This document shows positions 6,867 to 15,468 of a stretch of DNA of 35,353 nucleotides, in pieces. Source of the stretch: a virus. Where the stretch lies: the IMG/VR virus record IMGVR_UViG_3300049215_000478, positions 1 through 35,353 of that record; one strand, 5' to 3'. The stretch's first letter is position 1; every line of letters starts with the position of its first letter. Below the pieces are notes generated by a model that had not been told where the DNA came from, did no database searches, and was given only the letters and a program-made list of their open reading frames with translations. The position numbers and the translations under genes are program-made.

Positions 6867-8483
6867 CTAGAAAATTTGATATGTGGAACCATCAAAAAGA
6901 ACCTGAACCGATTGAAAGTTCGTGTTCATTACAAAAGTTGTGGCTCCATCTATATTCACAACTCCACCAACCGTTGTAACCGTTATATTATGTGTTGCAG
7001 CAGAGCCTGTACTATCTTTAACTATAAATACTCTTCCAGTTGCAGGCGCATTAGGTAGATTTATTTGAATCGCCCCACCCGAACAATCAACTCCAAGAAA
7101 ATCATCACCCGCAGCCACAACATATGGTGTTGTATTAACTAGGGTATAAGTTAGGGTTGTTGTTCCTGTTGCTGCTATGGTTATCGTATTAGCACCCGGA
7201 GTAACAGTTATTCCAGTACCAGCAGTTATAGTTGCAGTTCCAAGTTGATCTGATGCCATAGTAACAACTTTGGCTACAGAGCCTACGTTAACCCCATCTA
7301 TTCCACAAATAAAAGCTTTAGCTAATTGTTGAGTACCAGTTCCCGTAGCAAATCCTATTCTTAGGGTATTGGATTCACCAAGCACACCAAGATTATGCAT
7401 TAAAATATTACTGGATTCATTTGTAGTATAATTGTCACCACTTTGGTGTCCCAAAATTAAATTGCTATCACCAGAAACCAAATTTTTTGCTACTTGATAC
7501 CCAAAAAAATTGTTGTTGGTTAAAGTAGTTCCTGCAAGTCCCGATTGGTTTCCAATGGCGTTATTTTTTGTGCCTGTCGTTAAGGCTCTCAAAACCTGGT
7601 AACCATGACCATTATTGTCATTTGCAGCTATCGATGCTGTTGGATTTGCAATATCTGAGCCTATCCAAGCACATCTATCACCAAAGTTATGTATAAAACT
7701 TATACCTGCATATTCAATATAACCTGTAAGTAAATTAGAAGTAGAATTAGAAAGTTTTATACTACCTGTGGTTAAGGTAGCATCTCCAGTTGTAAGAGTT
7801 AATGCATTAGAACCTGTAATACTTGCTAGATCACCAAGTGTAATAGCATTGTTTAGATCTATGTGAATAGTATTACCTGATCCCGAAGTATTAATATCAC
7901 GAGCAGCTGTACCACCAAATACATTTAATACGCCAGCAGCTGGAGTAGCTGTTCCACTATCGGTTGGAAATGATTCTCCAACGCCTCCAGAAGTGGCTAT
8001 ACTAATGCTTCCTGCTCCATTGGTAATAGAAATTCCAGTTCCAGCTGTTAATGTTGCTAGGACAGGATTGGTTCCAGTAGATCCAATAGGAAGCTGACCA
8101 TTTGTTGCTACTCCCAAGCTACTTATGGATCCAAGTATATTTCCTAAAAGTAGGCTATGGTTTGTTGTTCCTGTTACGTTTATATGGATTGTGTTTCCAG
8201 AACCTGTTGTTCCTATACTATTTCCACCAAATACATTAAGTATTCCAGCGGCTGGTGTAGCAGTTCCACTATCAGTGGGAAATGATTCAGGAATAGTTCC
8301 ACCAATAGAAATGGTTAGGGTATGAGTAGCAGGATTACCTGTAACAGTAACTGAACCTGAACCTAATATATTTATATTATTTGCAGCATCTGGACCAACA
8401 GGTAGTCCATTATTACCCGTTAAAAATTGTACTACGGTAAATGGAGGAAATACTCTATTGTTTAATACATAGACTTGTGACAT
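6867..8483 (-). CDS. tail fibre/spike protein (538 aa) with internal duplication
   Basis: Gly/Thr/Asn-rich. ESFPTDSGTATPAAG(I/V)LNVFGG...GSGNTIHI occurs twice, alongside G..GQLPIG...P.LATLTAGTGISI fibre motifs. Confidence 0.8.
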   Translation of the reverse strand: MSQVYVLNNRVFPPFTVVQFLTGNNGLPVGPDAANNINILGSGSVTVTGNPATHTLTISIGGTIPESFPTDSGTATPAAGILNVFGGNSIGTTGSGNTIHINVTGTTNHSLLLGNILGSISSLGVATNGQLPIGSTGTNPVLATLTAGTGISITNGAGSISIATSGGVGESFPTDSGTATPAAGVLNVFGGTAARDINTSGSGNTIHIDLNNAITLGDLASITGSNALTLTTGDATLTTGSIKLSNSTSNLLTGYIEYAGISFIHNFGDRCAWIGSDIANPTASIAANDNNGHGYQVLRALTTGTKNNAIGNQSGLAGTTLTNNNFFGYQVAKNLVSGDSNLILGHQSGDNYTTNESSNILMHNLGVLGESNTLRIGFATGTGTQQLAKAFICGIDGVNVGSVAKVVTMASDQLGTATITAGTGITVTPGANTITIAATGTTTLTYTLVNTTPYVVAAGDDFLGVDCSGGAIQINLPNAPATGRVFIVKDSTGSAATHNITVTTVGGVVNIDGATTFVMNTNFQSVQVLFDGSTYQIF

Positions 8484-8492
8484 CGTTCCTCC

Positions 8493-8843
8493 TTAAACCT
8501 GAGAAGCATAAATAACTGTTACGTATACATTACCAGTTGCAGGAAGAGAACTTTCTGCTTTTACATAAACTCTTGTATTTGCTGGTTGTTCTAAAAGTCC
8601 AGCCATATCGGCTTTGTTCATTCCAAAATCATAAAGACAAGCACTATTGGCAGCTATAACATCTTTATCATTAACTCCATTAAAAGAAATGAGAAGAGGT
8701 TCATCCATCAAATTTGTAATTTTTAATATACGGATTGGATTGCTAAAAGGATTTCCAACTGCTGCATAGCTAGCTGAAACAGAAGCAAAGCCTAAAGATC
8801 TTAGATCTTCAAAGGCTACACGGACAGCACTGACTAAATTCAT
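8493..8843 (-). CDS. structural protein, paralog of 8853..9179 (116 aa)
   Basis: AGGAG RBS. Shares with its neighbour the pattern ...I.I.N....P/A..IS..G.ND...IAAN...... Confidence 0.7.
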   Translation of the reverse strand: MNLVSAVRVAFEDLRSLGFASVSASYAAVGNPFSNPIRILKITNLMDEPLLISFNGVNDKDVIAANSACLYDFGMNKADMAGLLEQPANTRVYVKAESSLPATGNVYVTVIYASQV

Positions 8844-8852
8844 TACTTTCTC

Positions 8853-9179
8853 CTATACATAGTAACCAGACAAGGCGATAGTTCCTGCTCCAGCAGTTCC
8901 TTTTAAATAAACAATTGTTCTAGCATTAAATTGAGCTACTTTTGCATTGGGAAGTGAATTAGTCTGTGAAGGCAATTCAAATGTTGTATTTGCTGCAATA
9001 TATTCATTGTCATTAATCCCATCATAACTAATTGTGATAGCTTTATTGGAATCATTAACTATACGTAGAAAAAAAACTGGATGAGCAAAACCCGATGAAT
9101 TAATAGCTTGATAACTTCCTGTAACAGAAGCTGAACTAAAAGTAGCCAAAACTAATGCTTTTACTGAATTCTGGGCCAT
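8853..9179 (-). CDS. structural protein, paralog of 8493..8843 (108 aa)
   Basis: AAGGAG RBS; FLRIVNDSNKAITISYDGINDNEYIAANTTF versus RILKITNLMDEPLLISFNGVNDKDVIAANSAC. Confidence 0.7.
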   Translation of the reverse strand: MAQNSVKALVLATFSSASVTGSYQAINSSGFAHPVFFLRIVNDSNKAITISYDGINDNEYIAANTTFELPSQTNSLPNAKVAQFNARTIVYLKGTAGAGTIALSGYYV

Positions 9180-9194
9180 AATATTCTCCTTTTA

Positions 9195-9233
9195 AGAATA
9201 AAGCATAGCTTCCCAACCATCAGGAAGCCATGC
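9195..9233 (-). terminator. Rho-independent-like terminator after the repeat fibre gene
   Basis: On the minus strand, GCATGGCTTCC-n9-GGAAGCTATGC (one mismatch) is followed by TTTATTCTT. Confidence 0.55.
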
Positions 9234-9255
9234 TCAAGTAGCAGTAATGAATATT

Positions 9256-11193
9256 TTATGAAATTACCCAGAATGTAATTATTACATTATCACCAGCACC
9301 TAGTGCTCCTGCTCCATTATTTTTTAGAGTAACAGCCAATGAACTAGCTCCTACTACAACACCGTTTATACCTACAGCAGCATTATTGGTTGAAGCATTA
9401 AGGTTATATGCTGAAACCAATATTCCTGAAGTTGTAGTAACAGTACTATTAGAAATCGTTACCACTTGAGTAGAACCTGAAGCTGTTGTTAATCCTGTAA
9501 TAGTTACAACTCCAACTCTACTGTTTAATGTAGGAGATGTTGAAGCTCCACTAGAAGTAGCAGGAACCATAGAGACATCACCAGCAGCACTTAGGGCTAC
9601 TCCACCACTACCAGCTTGAACTGTTGTAGCTGATGTTGTATTTGTGGAACCTACGGTAACAGCTTTAACTCCAGCACCTGTACCCAAGTTAACCGTTGTA
9701 GCAGCAGCATCTGCGGATATATTAACCGCACCTGTACCAGAAGCAAGTGTCATCGCTCCATTAGTAGAAGTTAAAGTTAGAGCGCCTGAACCTGATTGTA
9801 TTGCTGTTGATGAAGTAGTATTTGTAGAACCAACAGTTAAAGTTTTAGCTCCAGCGCCTGTTGCTAAATTAACCGTAGTAGCAGCTGCATCAGCAGATAT
9901 ATTCACTGCACCAGTTCCTGAGGCTAATGTCATTGCACCATTAGTTGATGTCAAAGTTAAAACACCTGAACCTGATTGTATTGCAGTAGATGAAGTTGAA
10001 TTTGTAGAACCCAATGTAACAGCTTTAGCGGCAGCTCCAGTACCTAAACTAATTGTAGTGGCTGAAGCATCCGTAGATACACCAAGATTACCTGTACCAC
10101 TATTTATTGTTAGAGCACCATTAGTAGCTGTAACATTCAATGCTCCTGATCCACTTTGTACGGTGGTTGCAGAGGTTGTGTTGGTTGATCCTACGGTTAC
10201 GGTTTTTGCAGCACCGCCTGTACCAAGATTTACTGTTGTAGCAGCTGCATCATTGGATATATTCAATGCACCAGTTCCTGAAGCTAATGTCATAGCACCA
10301 TTGGTTGCTGTAATATTTAAAGCTCCTGAACCAGATTGAACTGTAGTAGCTGAAGTAGTATTTGTGCTTCCTAAAGTAACAGTTTTAACTCCAGCGCCTG
10401 TAGCTAAATTAACGGTATTTGTTGTAGCATCAGTAGAAACTCCAACTGTTCCTGTTCCGCTATTGATTGTTACTGCACCATTAGCGGCTGTAAAGCTATA
10501 ACCACCTGTTCCTACTGTTGATGTTAATCCGCCAGCTGCATTGGATGCTGTTAGATTAATGGCTGTCGCAGCTGCTTTTCCACCATTAAGTGTTATACCG
10601 CCAGCAGAAGATACAAGATCAACTGAAGCAACGCCAGTACCTTGAGCAGATTGAATAAGTATGGTTTCACTAGTTCCACCATTAGCAAGAAGAGTAATGG
10701 CACCAGCAGCATTATTAGTAGAAGTCAAACTAATAGAAGCTGTATCGGAAATATCAACGTCTCCAGTAAATGTTGTATTTCCTGTTACTGCCAAATCACC
10801 GCCAAGTGTTAGATTTCCTGTTAATCCCATATTTCCAACAAAAGTGGAAGCTCCAGCTACCAATGTTCCAAATGTAGCTGTACCAGCTGTCGCTGTGATA
10901 TTACCAGCGGTAACTGTTAAATTTCCAGCTGTTATTGTTTCGTTTCCTGGATTAATTGTTAAAGATGTAAGAGTTGTAGCTCCACCGCTAGTAGAAGTCC
11001 AAGTATTAGTACCAGTAGAATTTTTACATAAAATAAAATAAGATCCTGAACTTTCATTAACCCAAATTGTACCGAGTTCTGCTGTATCGGCAGTTGTAGG
11101 GTCACGTTGCATTACAATTGGTTCTTGTTGAAGACCAGCTTGAGGATTTGGATATCCATATAAAGTATTACGTCTATTTGTAGTTGTAGGCAT
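9256..11193 (-). CDS. tail fibre protein with 60-aa tandem repeats (645 aa from ATG 11193)
   Basis: AAGGAG sits 5 nt before the ATG at 11193; the track start 11241 lacks an RBS. The protein is Gly/Thr/Ala/Ser/Asn-rich with about 5 copies of a 60-aa unit. Confidence 0.85.
   Translation of the reverse strand: MPTTTNRRNTLYGYPNPQAGLQQEPIVMQRDPTTADTAELGTIWVNESSGSYFILCKNSTGTNTWTSTSGGATTLTSLTINPGNETITAGNLTVTAGNITATAGTATFGTLVAGASTFVGNMGLTGNLTLGGDLAVTGNTTFTGDVDISDTASISLTSTNNAAGAITLLANGGTSETILIQSAQGTGVASVDLVSSAGGITLNGGKAAATAINLTASNAAGGLTSTVGTGGYSFTAANGAVTINSGTGTVGVSTDATTNTVNLATGAGVKTVTLGSTNTTSATTVQSGSGALNITATNGAMTLASGTGALNISNDAAATTVNLGTGGAAKTVTVGSTNTTSATTVQSGSGALNVTATNGALTINSGTGNLGVSTDASATTISLGTGAAAKAVTLGSTNSTSSTAIQSGSGVLTLTSTNGAMTLASGTGAVNISADAAATTVNLATGAGAKTLTVGSTNTTSSTAIQSGSGALTLTSTNGAMTLASGTGAVNISADAAATTVNLGTGAGVKAVTVGSTNTTSATTVQAGSGGVALSAAGDVSMVPATSSGASTSPTLNSRVGVVTITGLTTASGSTQVVTISNSTVTTTSGILVSAYNLNASTNNAAVGINGVVVGASSLAVTLKNNGAGALGAGDNVIITFWVIS
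9598..10485. repeat. Coding tandem repeat, about 4.9 copies of 180 bp
   Basis: Unit is TTVNL(A/G)TGAG.K.VT.GSTNTTS.T..QSGSGAL..T.TNGAMTLASGTGA.NIS.DAAA. It recurs with an exact 60-aa period (TVNL at aa 276, 336, 396, 456, 516 of the track ORF). Confidence 0.9.
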
Positions 11194-11330
11194 ACTAACT
11201 CCTTTAAAAATAATTAATTTATTTTCACTATAGTTAGTCATTATTTAGAGAAGCAATTATCTAGAGCTATTTGTGTACACAAACCTTTTATGATATTTTG
11301 AAAATACTGTGGGAAATTCATGGGAATTTC

Positions 11331-11510
11331 ATGGGAAAATATAAAAGATTAGGCAGGAAAAGACTTGCCATAGATATACCTGAACAAATACATCAGGATA
11401 TGAAGTATTGTGCTAAGATCAGAAATATTACTCTAACTAGATGGGTACTTCGAGCATGTTATTTCAAGTTAAAACAAGAAAGAATGTTAGAAGACAAAAT
11501 AAATCTATAA
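11331..11510 (+). CDS. ribbon-helix-helix (Arc/CopG-like) regulator (59 aa from ATG 11331)
   Basis: KRLAIDIPEQIHQDMKYCAKIRNITLTRWVLRA fits a beta-strand plus two helices. The track start 11271 is a TTG with no RBS. Confidence 0.55.
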   Translation: MGKYKRLGRKRLAIDIPEQIHQDMKYCAKIRNITLTRWVLRACYFKLKQERMLEDKINL

Positions 11511-11535
11511 TAGAAAATATTTTTATTTTACCCCT

Positions 11536-11579
11536 TGATTTTTATTTTTATTAGTATATATATTATATATAATATATAT
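11536..11579 (+). promoter_or_regulatory. Promoter with a perfect 24-bp palindrome
   Basis: TTGATT (11536..11541), 17 nt spacer, TATATT (11559..11564). ATATATATTATATATAATATATAT (11556..11579) equals its own reverse complement. Confidence 0.5.
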
Positions 11580-11605
11580 GAATCATAAAAATGTCGGGGG
11601 GCATT

Positions 11606-11908
11606 ATGGATATAATCAAAAGAGATGAATTATGGCAAGTTGCCGCTAAAGAAGCTTTCAAAGCTCAACAGTTTGCTAAAGAGGCTGAAAAAGCAAAAGA
11701 TCTAGCATTTAAGACTTTAAAAGACTTAACTCAAGATACTCCATCAAAGGGTGGCGGATTTGTTTATTCTTTTAATACAAGAAAAGGTACAATTGATTAT
11801 GAAAAAATTGTAAAAACCTTTTTAGATCTTAAAGAATCAGAATTAGAAGTTTTTAGAAAAGAAGATTCCAAAGCTTGGAAGCTTGAAATGCAATTGATGG
11901 AGGAATAA
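11606..11908 (+). CDS. hypothetical protein (100 aa; alternative start 11591)
   Basis: The G-rich RBS GGGGGG lies 4 nt before the ATG at 11606; charged helical N-terminus. Confidence 0.6.
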   Translation: MDIIKRDELWQVAAKEAFKAQQFAKEAEKAKDLAFKTLKDLTQDTPSKGGGFVYSFNTRKGTIDYEKIVKTFLDLKESELEVFRKEDSKAWKLEMQLMEE

Positions 11909-12024
11909 TGTTATATCAAATTTTAGATGTTGCTATACCAGTTGTTTTATATTTTGGATCCTATTTATTAATGTTCTGGTTTTGTTGGAAAATTATAGAA
12001 TGCGTAATTGAAATGTTTCTATAA
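11908..12024 (+). CDS. small hydrophobic membrane peptide (38 aa, below the ORF-track cutoff)
   Basis: GGAGGAATAATG gives a strong RBS with a TAATG overlap. Translates to MLYQILDVAIPVVLYFGSYLLMFWFCWKIIECVIEMFL. Confidence 0.5.
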   Translation: MLYQILDVAIPVVLYFGSYLLMFWFCWKIIECVIEMFL

Positions 12025-13368
12025 TTTTTCAGAACCTCGTTTAATAATTGTAAGTTTTATAGGTTTGGTTTGTTTTGGTTGGTTTTTATTTGCAAATGCA
12101 TCTAATTGACGGATATTTTTTGCAGCCTGTGTAACGTTACCCATTGCAGCACTTTTAAATAAATCACCATATATTTTTTGAGCTTGTGGGCTTCTGGAAA
12201 CTAAACTAAAAAATTTCTGAAGTTCACGTGTTCCTAAAAGCGTTCCACCAACTCCAGCAATATAAGGAGCAGCTTTTAGTGTTAAAGCTTTATGAGCAAG
12301 ACTATAACCAATTCCACCTAATCCTATTTTAACTAATGGATTTTTGGCTAGATCTTTGAGTCCTGTATGTTGGTCAAAGAATTCGCCTATTTTACGAGAT
12401 TCTGCAAGAGCACTAAAGGTTTGTTTTGCAGATTCCCAATTATTTAAAAATTGTGGATTATGTTTTCCATATTCTTTTAAAGGGGATTGAACTGCTTTGA
12501 CAAGTTCTTCCATCCTTTTTTTATTTTCACCATATGCTGAACCAAACCAAGAATTGTAATCTTTTTCTAAATCTACCAATTTTTTAACAGGGATTGGTTT
12601 GTTTGTTTTGGTTAGATTTTCAGCTGATTTTAGTCGGGCTTCTATAAATTCTTTGCCTTTAAAATCTCTATCTTTAAGATCATCTATCATTCTTTTAGTA
12701 GTCTGTCTTAAAATTCTAGGATTAACTGTGGTTGTTTCGGGTACTGCTTTTTTAGCTGTATCATAATATTTTTCCATAGCATTTCTTACTTGCGATCTAC
12801 CACCATATAAGGAAGCTATTAATCCTGTACCTACATTAGCCAAGGCTTGTGTTGTTGGACTACCACCTAAATATTTAGCAGCTTCGGCAGCTCCTTTTCC
12901 TAATGCGATAGTTCCTAAAGTTCTAAGTAAAGATCCTCCGCCTGTAAAAACTGCAGATAATCCTGTTCCTAAAACATCCTGAATAAATTCTTCTTTAGGA
13001 TCCTCGGCTTTTAAATATTCCGAACCTTTTTTGCCTGTTAAAAGTTCTGCTATGGGTTCGGTTATGTTTTGTCTTACGTCTTCTATTGTTTGAAGAAAAG
13101 GAAGTTTAGTTGGTAATGGGGATTCTTGTCCTGTGCCTTTTTGGATTAAATAATTCAATCCGCTTAAACCAAGATTGGCTAATTCTCCAGGTAATCCAAG
13201 TGTATATTCAGCAGCTCTAGCTCCTGTTCTATGTAAAAATCTTTCCGTGGGTGTATAATCTTCATCCAATAATTCAGAAGGTGCCGCTTTGGTAAGTTTT
13301 AAATCTTTTGTAGGTTCATCGGGTATAGAAGAAACTCTGGTTAATTTTATTGGGCGTACTGCTTCCAT
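12019..13368 (-). CDS. internal virion / ejection-like protein (449 aa)
   Basis: Position after the nozzle-like gene, as in T7-type gene order. Gly/Ala/Lys-rich with hydrophobic GxxxG-like stretches. Confidence 0.55.
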   Translation of the reverse strand: MEAVRPIKLTRVSSIPDEPTKDLKLTKAAPSELLDEDYTPTERFLHRTGARAAEYTLGLPGELANLGLSGLNYLIQKGTGQESPLPTKLPFLQTIEDVRQNITEPIAELLTGKKGSEYLKAEDPKEEFIQDVLGTGLSAVFTGGGSLLRTLGTIALGKGAAEAAKYLGGSPTTQALANVGTGLIASLYGGRSQVRNAMEKYYDTAKKAVPETTTVNPRILRQTTKRMIDDLKDRDFKGKEFIEARLKSAENLTKTNKPIPVKKLVDLEKDYNSWFGSAYGENKKRMEELVKAVQSPLKEYGKHNPQFLNNWESAKQTFSALAESRKIGEFFDQHTGLKDLAKNPLVKIGLGGIGYSLAHKALTLKAAPYIAGVGGTLLGTRELQKFFSLVSRSPQAQKIYGDLFKSAAMGNVTQAAKNIRQLDAFANKNQPKQTKPIKLTIIKRGSEKL

Positions 13369-14378
13369 CCTCCATCCTTTCTTTTTACATAGATTTGGCC
13401 TCTAACTCTCTTATAAAAATTGCCTTCTTCATCTTTTGCCATATCTCCTTCTCCTAATTCTTCAAAAGAAGGAACAGCATTTTCAGAAGTTTGATCCGTT
13501 GCCCTATTAAGAACATTTATAGATTCTTCCTCTAATTTATCTAATTCGGGTCTAGCACGTTCTCTAATTTGATCGTAAATATCAGGAGGAATAACACCTT
13601 TATTTTCTTTTATTATTTGTGCTCTAACATTATTTTTAATAACTTCCGCTTGATCGGCCAGCATATTCATCTTGGAAATAGCTATTATTGCTTCAGGAGT
13701 ATTCCACAAAGTAGGAAGAGAACGCTGAAAAGTTTGTTCTAGAAAATTTGTAAGTCTTCCTGTTCCAAAAGCAGAAGTAGCATTCTGTCCTAATCTAGCC
13801 ATAAGCTTTGTAGCTAAAGCAGTAGAAAAATTTTGATTAAAGCCTTCAAGTCCTACCGCAGAAAGAAATTGATACATTGGGCCTGCTCGCAAACCTTCAT
13901 CACCTTTAGTCTCTGCTAATTGAATTATAGCTTTATAATCTTTTATATTTTTTTCAGCAGCTTCGGCTTTCTCTATAAACGGCTTAGAAAAATCTCTAAC
14001 ATCTTTACTTACTTCACGGGCTTCTTTAGCTCTTTTGATATCTAAAGCTTCTCTTTGTCTTCTTTCAGCAGGTGAAATAAGAGCATTTGCCATTTCTTCG
14101 GCTTGTTCTGGAGTTATTTGTTGTCCACCTTCTTTACCTGGTTGACTACCTTGGGTTTGTGCAGCAGCTTTTTGTAAATCAGGAGCAAGTCCTGAAACAA
14201 ATTTAGCATTGGATGGTCCAAGCCTGGGAGTTAATAATGTTTCTAGATCTCTTCTTTTAAGTTCTTCAACTTTCTTCTGAGCTAAAATATCTAAAGCTTG
14301 GTTTAATGGCTGCGCTATACCAGTTCCTAAGGCAGCTCCAAGAGAAGGTGCTAAACTACCTAATTTATACGTTGGCAT
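13347..14378 (-). CDS. internal virion-like protein (343 aa)
   Basis: GGAGG RBS; Ala/Glu/Lys-rich helical protein in a run of overlapping late genes. Confidence 0.55.
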   Translation of the reverse strand: MPTYKLGSLAPSLGAALGTGIAQPLNQALDILAQKKVEELKRRDLETLLTPRLGPSNAKFVSGLAPDLQKAAAQTQGSQPGKEGGQQITPEQAEEMANALISPAERRQREALDIKRAKEAREVSKDVRDFSKPFIEKAEAAEKNIKDYKAIIQLAETKGDEGLRAGPMYQFLSAVGLEGFNQNFSTALATKLMARLGQNATSAFGTGRLTNFLEQTFQRSLPTLWNTPEAIIAISKMNMLADQAEVIKNNVRAQIIKENKGVIPPDIYDQIRERARPELDKLEEESINVLNRATDQTSENAVPSFEELGEGDMAKDEEGNFYKRVRGQIYVKRKDGGWKQYAQ

Positions 14379-14928
14379 TTTGTCCTCCTTGTGGTTTCTT
14401 TAAGCCAGAAAGTATTTCTAAAATAGATCCTATGCCTTGAGGAATAGCGCTCCATCCTCCAGTTAATCCTGCTCCAAGTGCACCCATTCCAAGTCTTCCT
14501 AATGTAGGTAAAATTTGTTGGAATAATCCTGGTTCACCTTGAGTTTGATAACTTTCATATTGTGGTTGTAGGCCCATCCCTAAAAGTTGAAGCATTTGAG
14601 AAATATTTTGTTGACCAAATTGAGCTTCTTGCGCTGCAAGTTCGGATTCTAAACCAGCACGTCCTTGACTTAACTGACTTGCAAAAGCTGGTGAACTTAA
14701 AGCATTATTACCTAAAGAAGAAAATCTTTCTGCAATAGATGGTATACCTTGTTGTTCAAATCTATTTATGGCTCGTTGAGCAATAGGTTGAAATCCTGCT
14801 GTAGGATTTTGAAGACCCGCAGCACCCATTCCAAGTAATTGATTTAATGCGCTTTGTTGTTGCGGTGTAAATCTTTGTATTTGTTGTACTTTTGGAGCGC
14901 TTCCAAATAACAAACTTCCAAGTGCCAT
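14365..14928 (-). CDS. Gly/Gln-rich internal virion-like protein (187 aa)
   Basis: AGGAG RBS; low-complexity Q/G/L/A composition (LLGMGAAGLQNP, LGMGALGAGLTGG). Confidence 0.55.
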   Translation of the reverse strand: MALGSLLFGSAPKVQQIQRFTPQQQSALNQLLGMGAAGLQNPTAGFQPIAQRAINRFEQQGIPSIAERFSSLGNNALSSPAFASQLSQGRAGLESELAAQEAQFGQQNISQMLQLLGMGLQPQYESYQTQGEPGLFQQILPTLGRLGMGALGAGLTGGWSAIPQGIGSILEILSGLKKPQGGQNANV

Positions 14929-14936
14929 TTATACTC

Positions 14937-15467
14937 CTAATTTTTTACATATTCCAATACTACATATGAGTCAGTGAATGTAACTCCACTATTATTATTT
15001 ACTATAACCTGTGTATTGGTCACATTCACACCAATATTATTATTTGCTGCTCCACCAAAAGTAATAGGATATCCAACTAAAGTATTAGTATTAGTTGCAG
15101 CCCCTCCTATAAACAACCATTTCCATGTATTAGTAACAGTTAATCCATGATTTGCTGGAGTTATTCCTGGACCCAATGGCCCAACATTAACCACTTCTAT
15201 AAAACATGCACGAAGATCCAATTGGCTTGACGAATTTGGGTTGAACAATAGTTTACCACTGACAAATTCTTCCGTTAAATACATGCCCGATATTTTGTTA
15301 TTTAAACAAATAGCATGGTTGTTTACTTCTTGAGTAAGTTTTACTATCAATTCCTTAAATTCTGTAGAATTTACATCAGTTTGATAAATTCTACTTACAT
15401 CAAATACTGGAGTTTGTTGGACATAATTTCCTGTGTTTGGTTGTTGGTTTGTTATATATCCAGCCAT
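14937..15467 (-). CDS. structural protein (176 aa from ATG 15467)
   Basis: GGAGTAATATG: the RBS and ATG at 15467 lie immediately after the upstream stop. The track start 15500 is a TTG inside the upstream gene. Confidence 0.65.
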   Translation of the reverse strand: MAGYITNQQPNTGNYVQQTPVFDVSRIYQTDVNSTEFKELIVKLTQEVNNHAICLNNKISGMYLTEEFVSGKLLFNPNSSSQLDLRACFIEVVNVGPLGPGITPANHGLTVTNTWKWLFIGGAATNTNTLVGYPITFGGAANNNIGVNVTNTQVIVNNNSGVTFTDSYVVLEYVKN

Positions 15468-15468
15468 A

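Noticed and set aside
9644-10339. 231-aa plus-strand ORF, and likewise 10661..11041, antisense to the repeat fibre gene
   Set aside because: These are a mirror-image artefact of the GC-richer, stop-poor tandem repeats. They have no RBS and a low-complexity V/P/A composition. The minus-strand fibre frame is clearly the real one.
9598-10485. CRISPR array or DGR variable region
   Set aside because: The repeats are contiguous 180-bp coding units with no spacers. No reverse transcriptase or template repeat exists in the genome.
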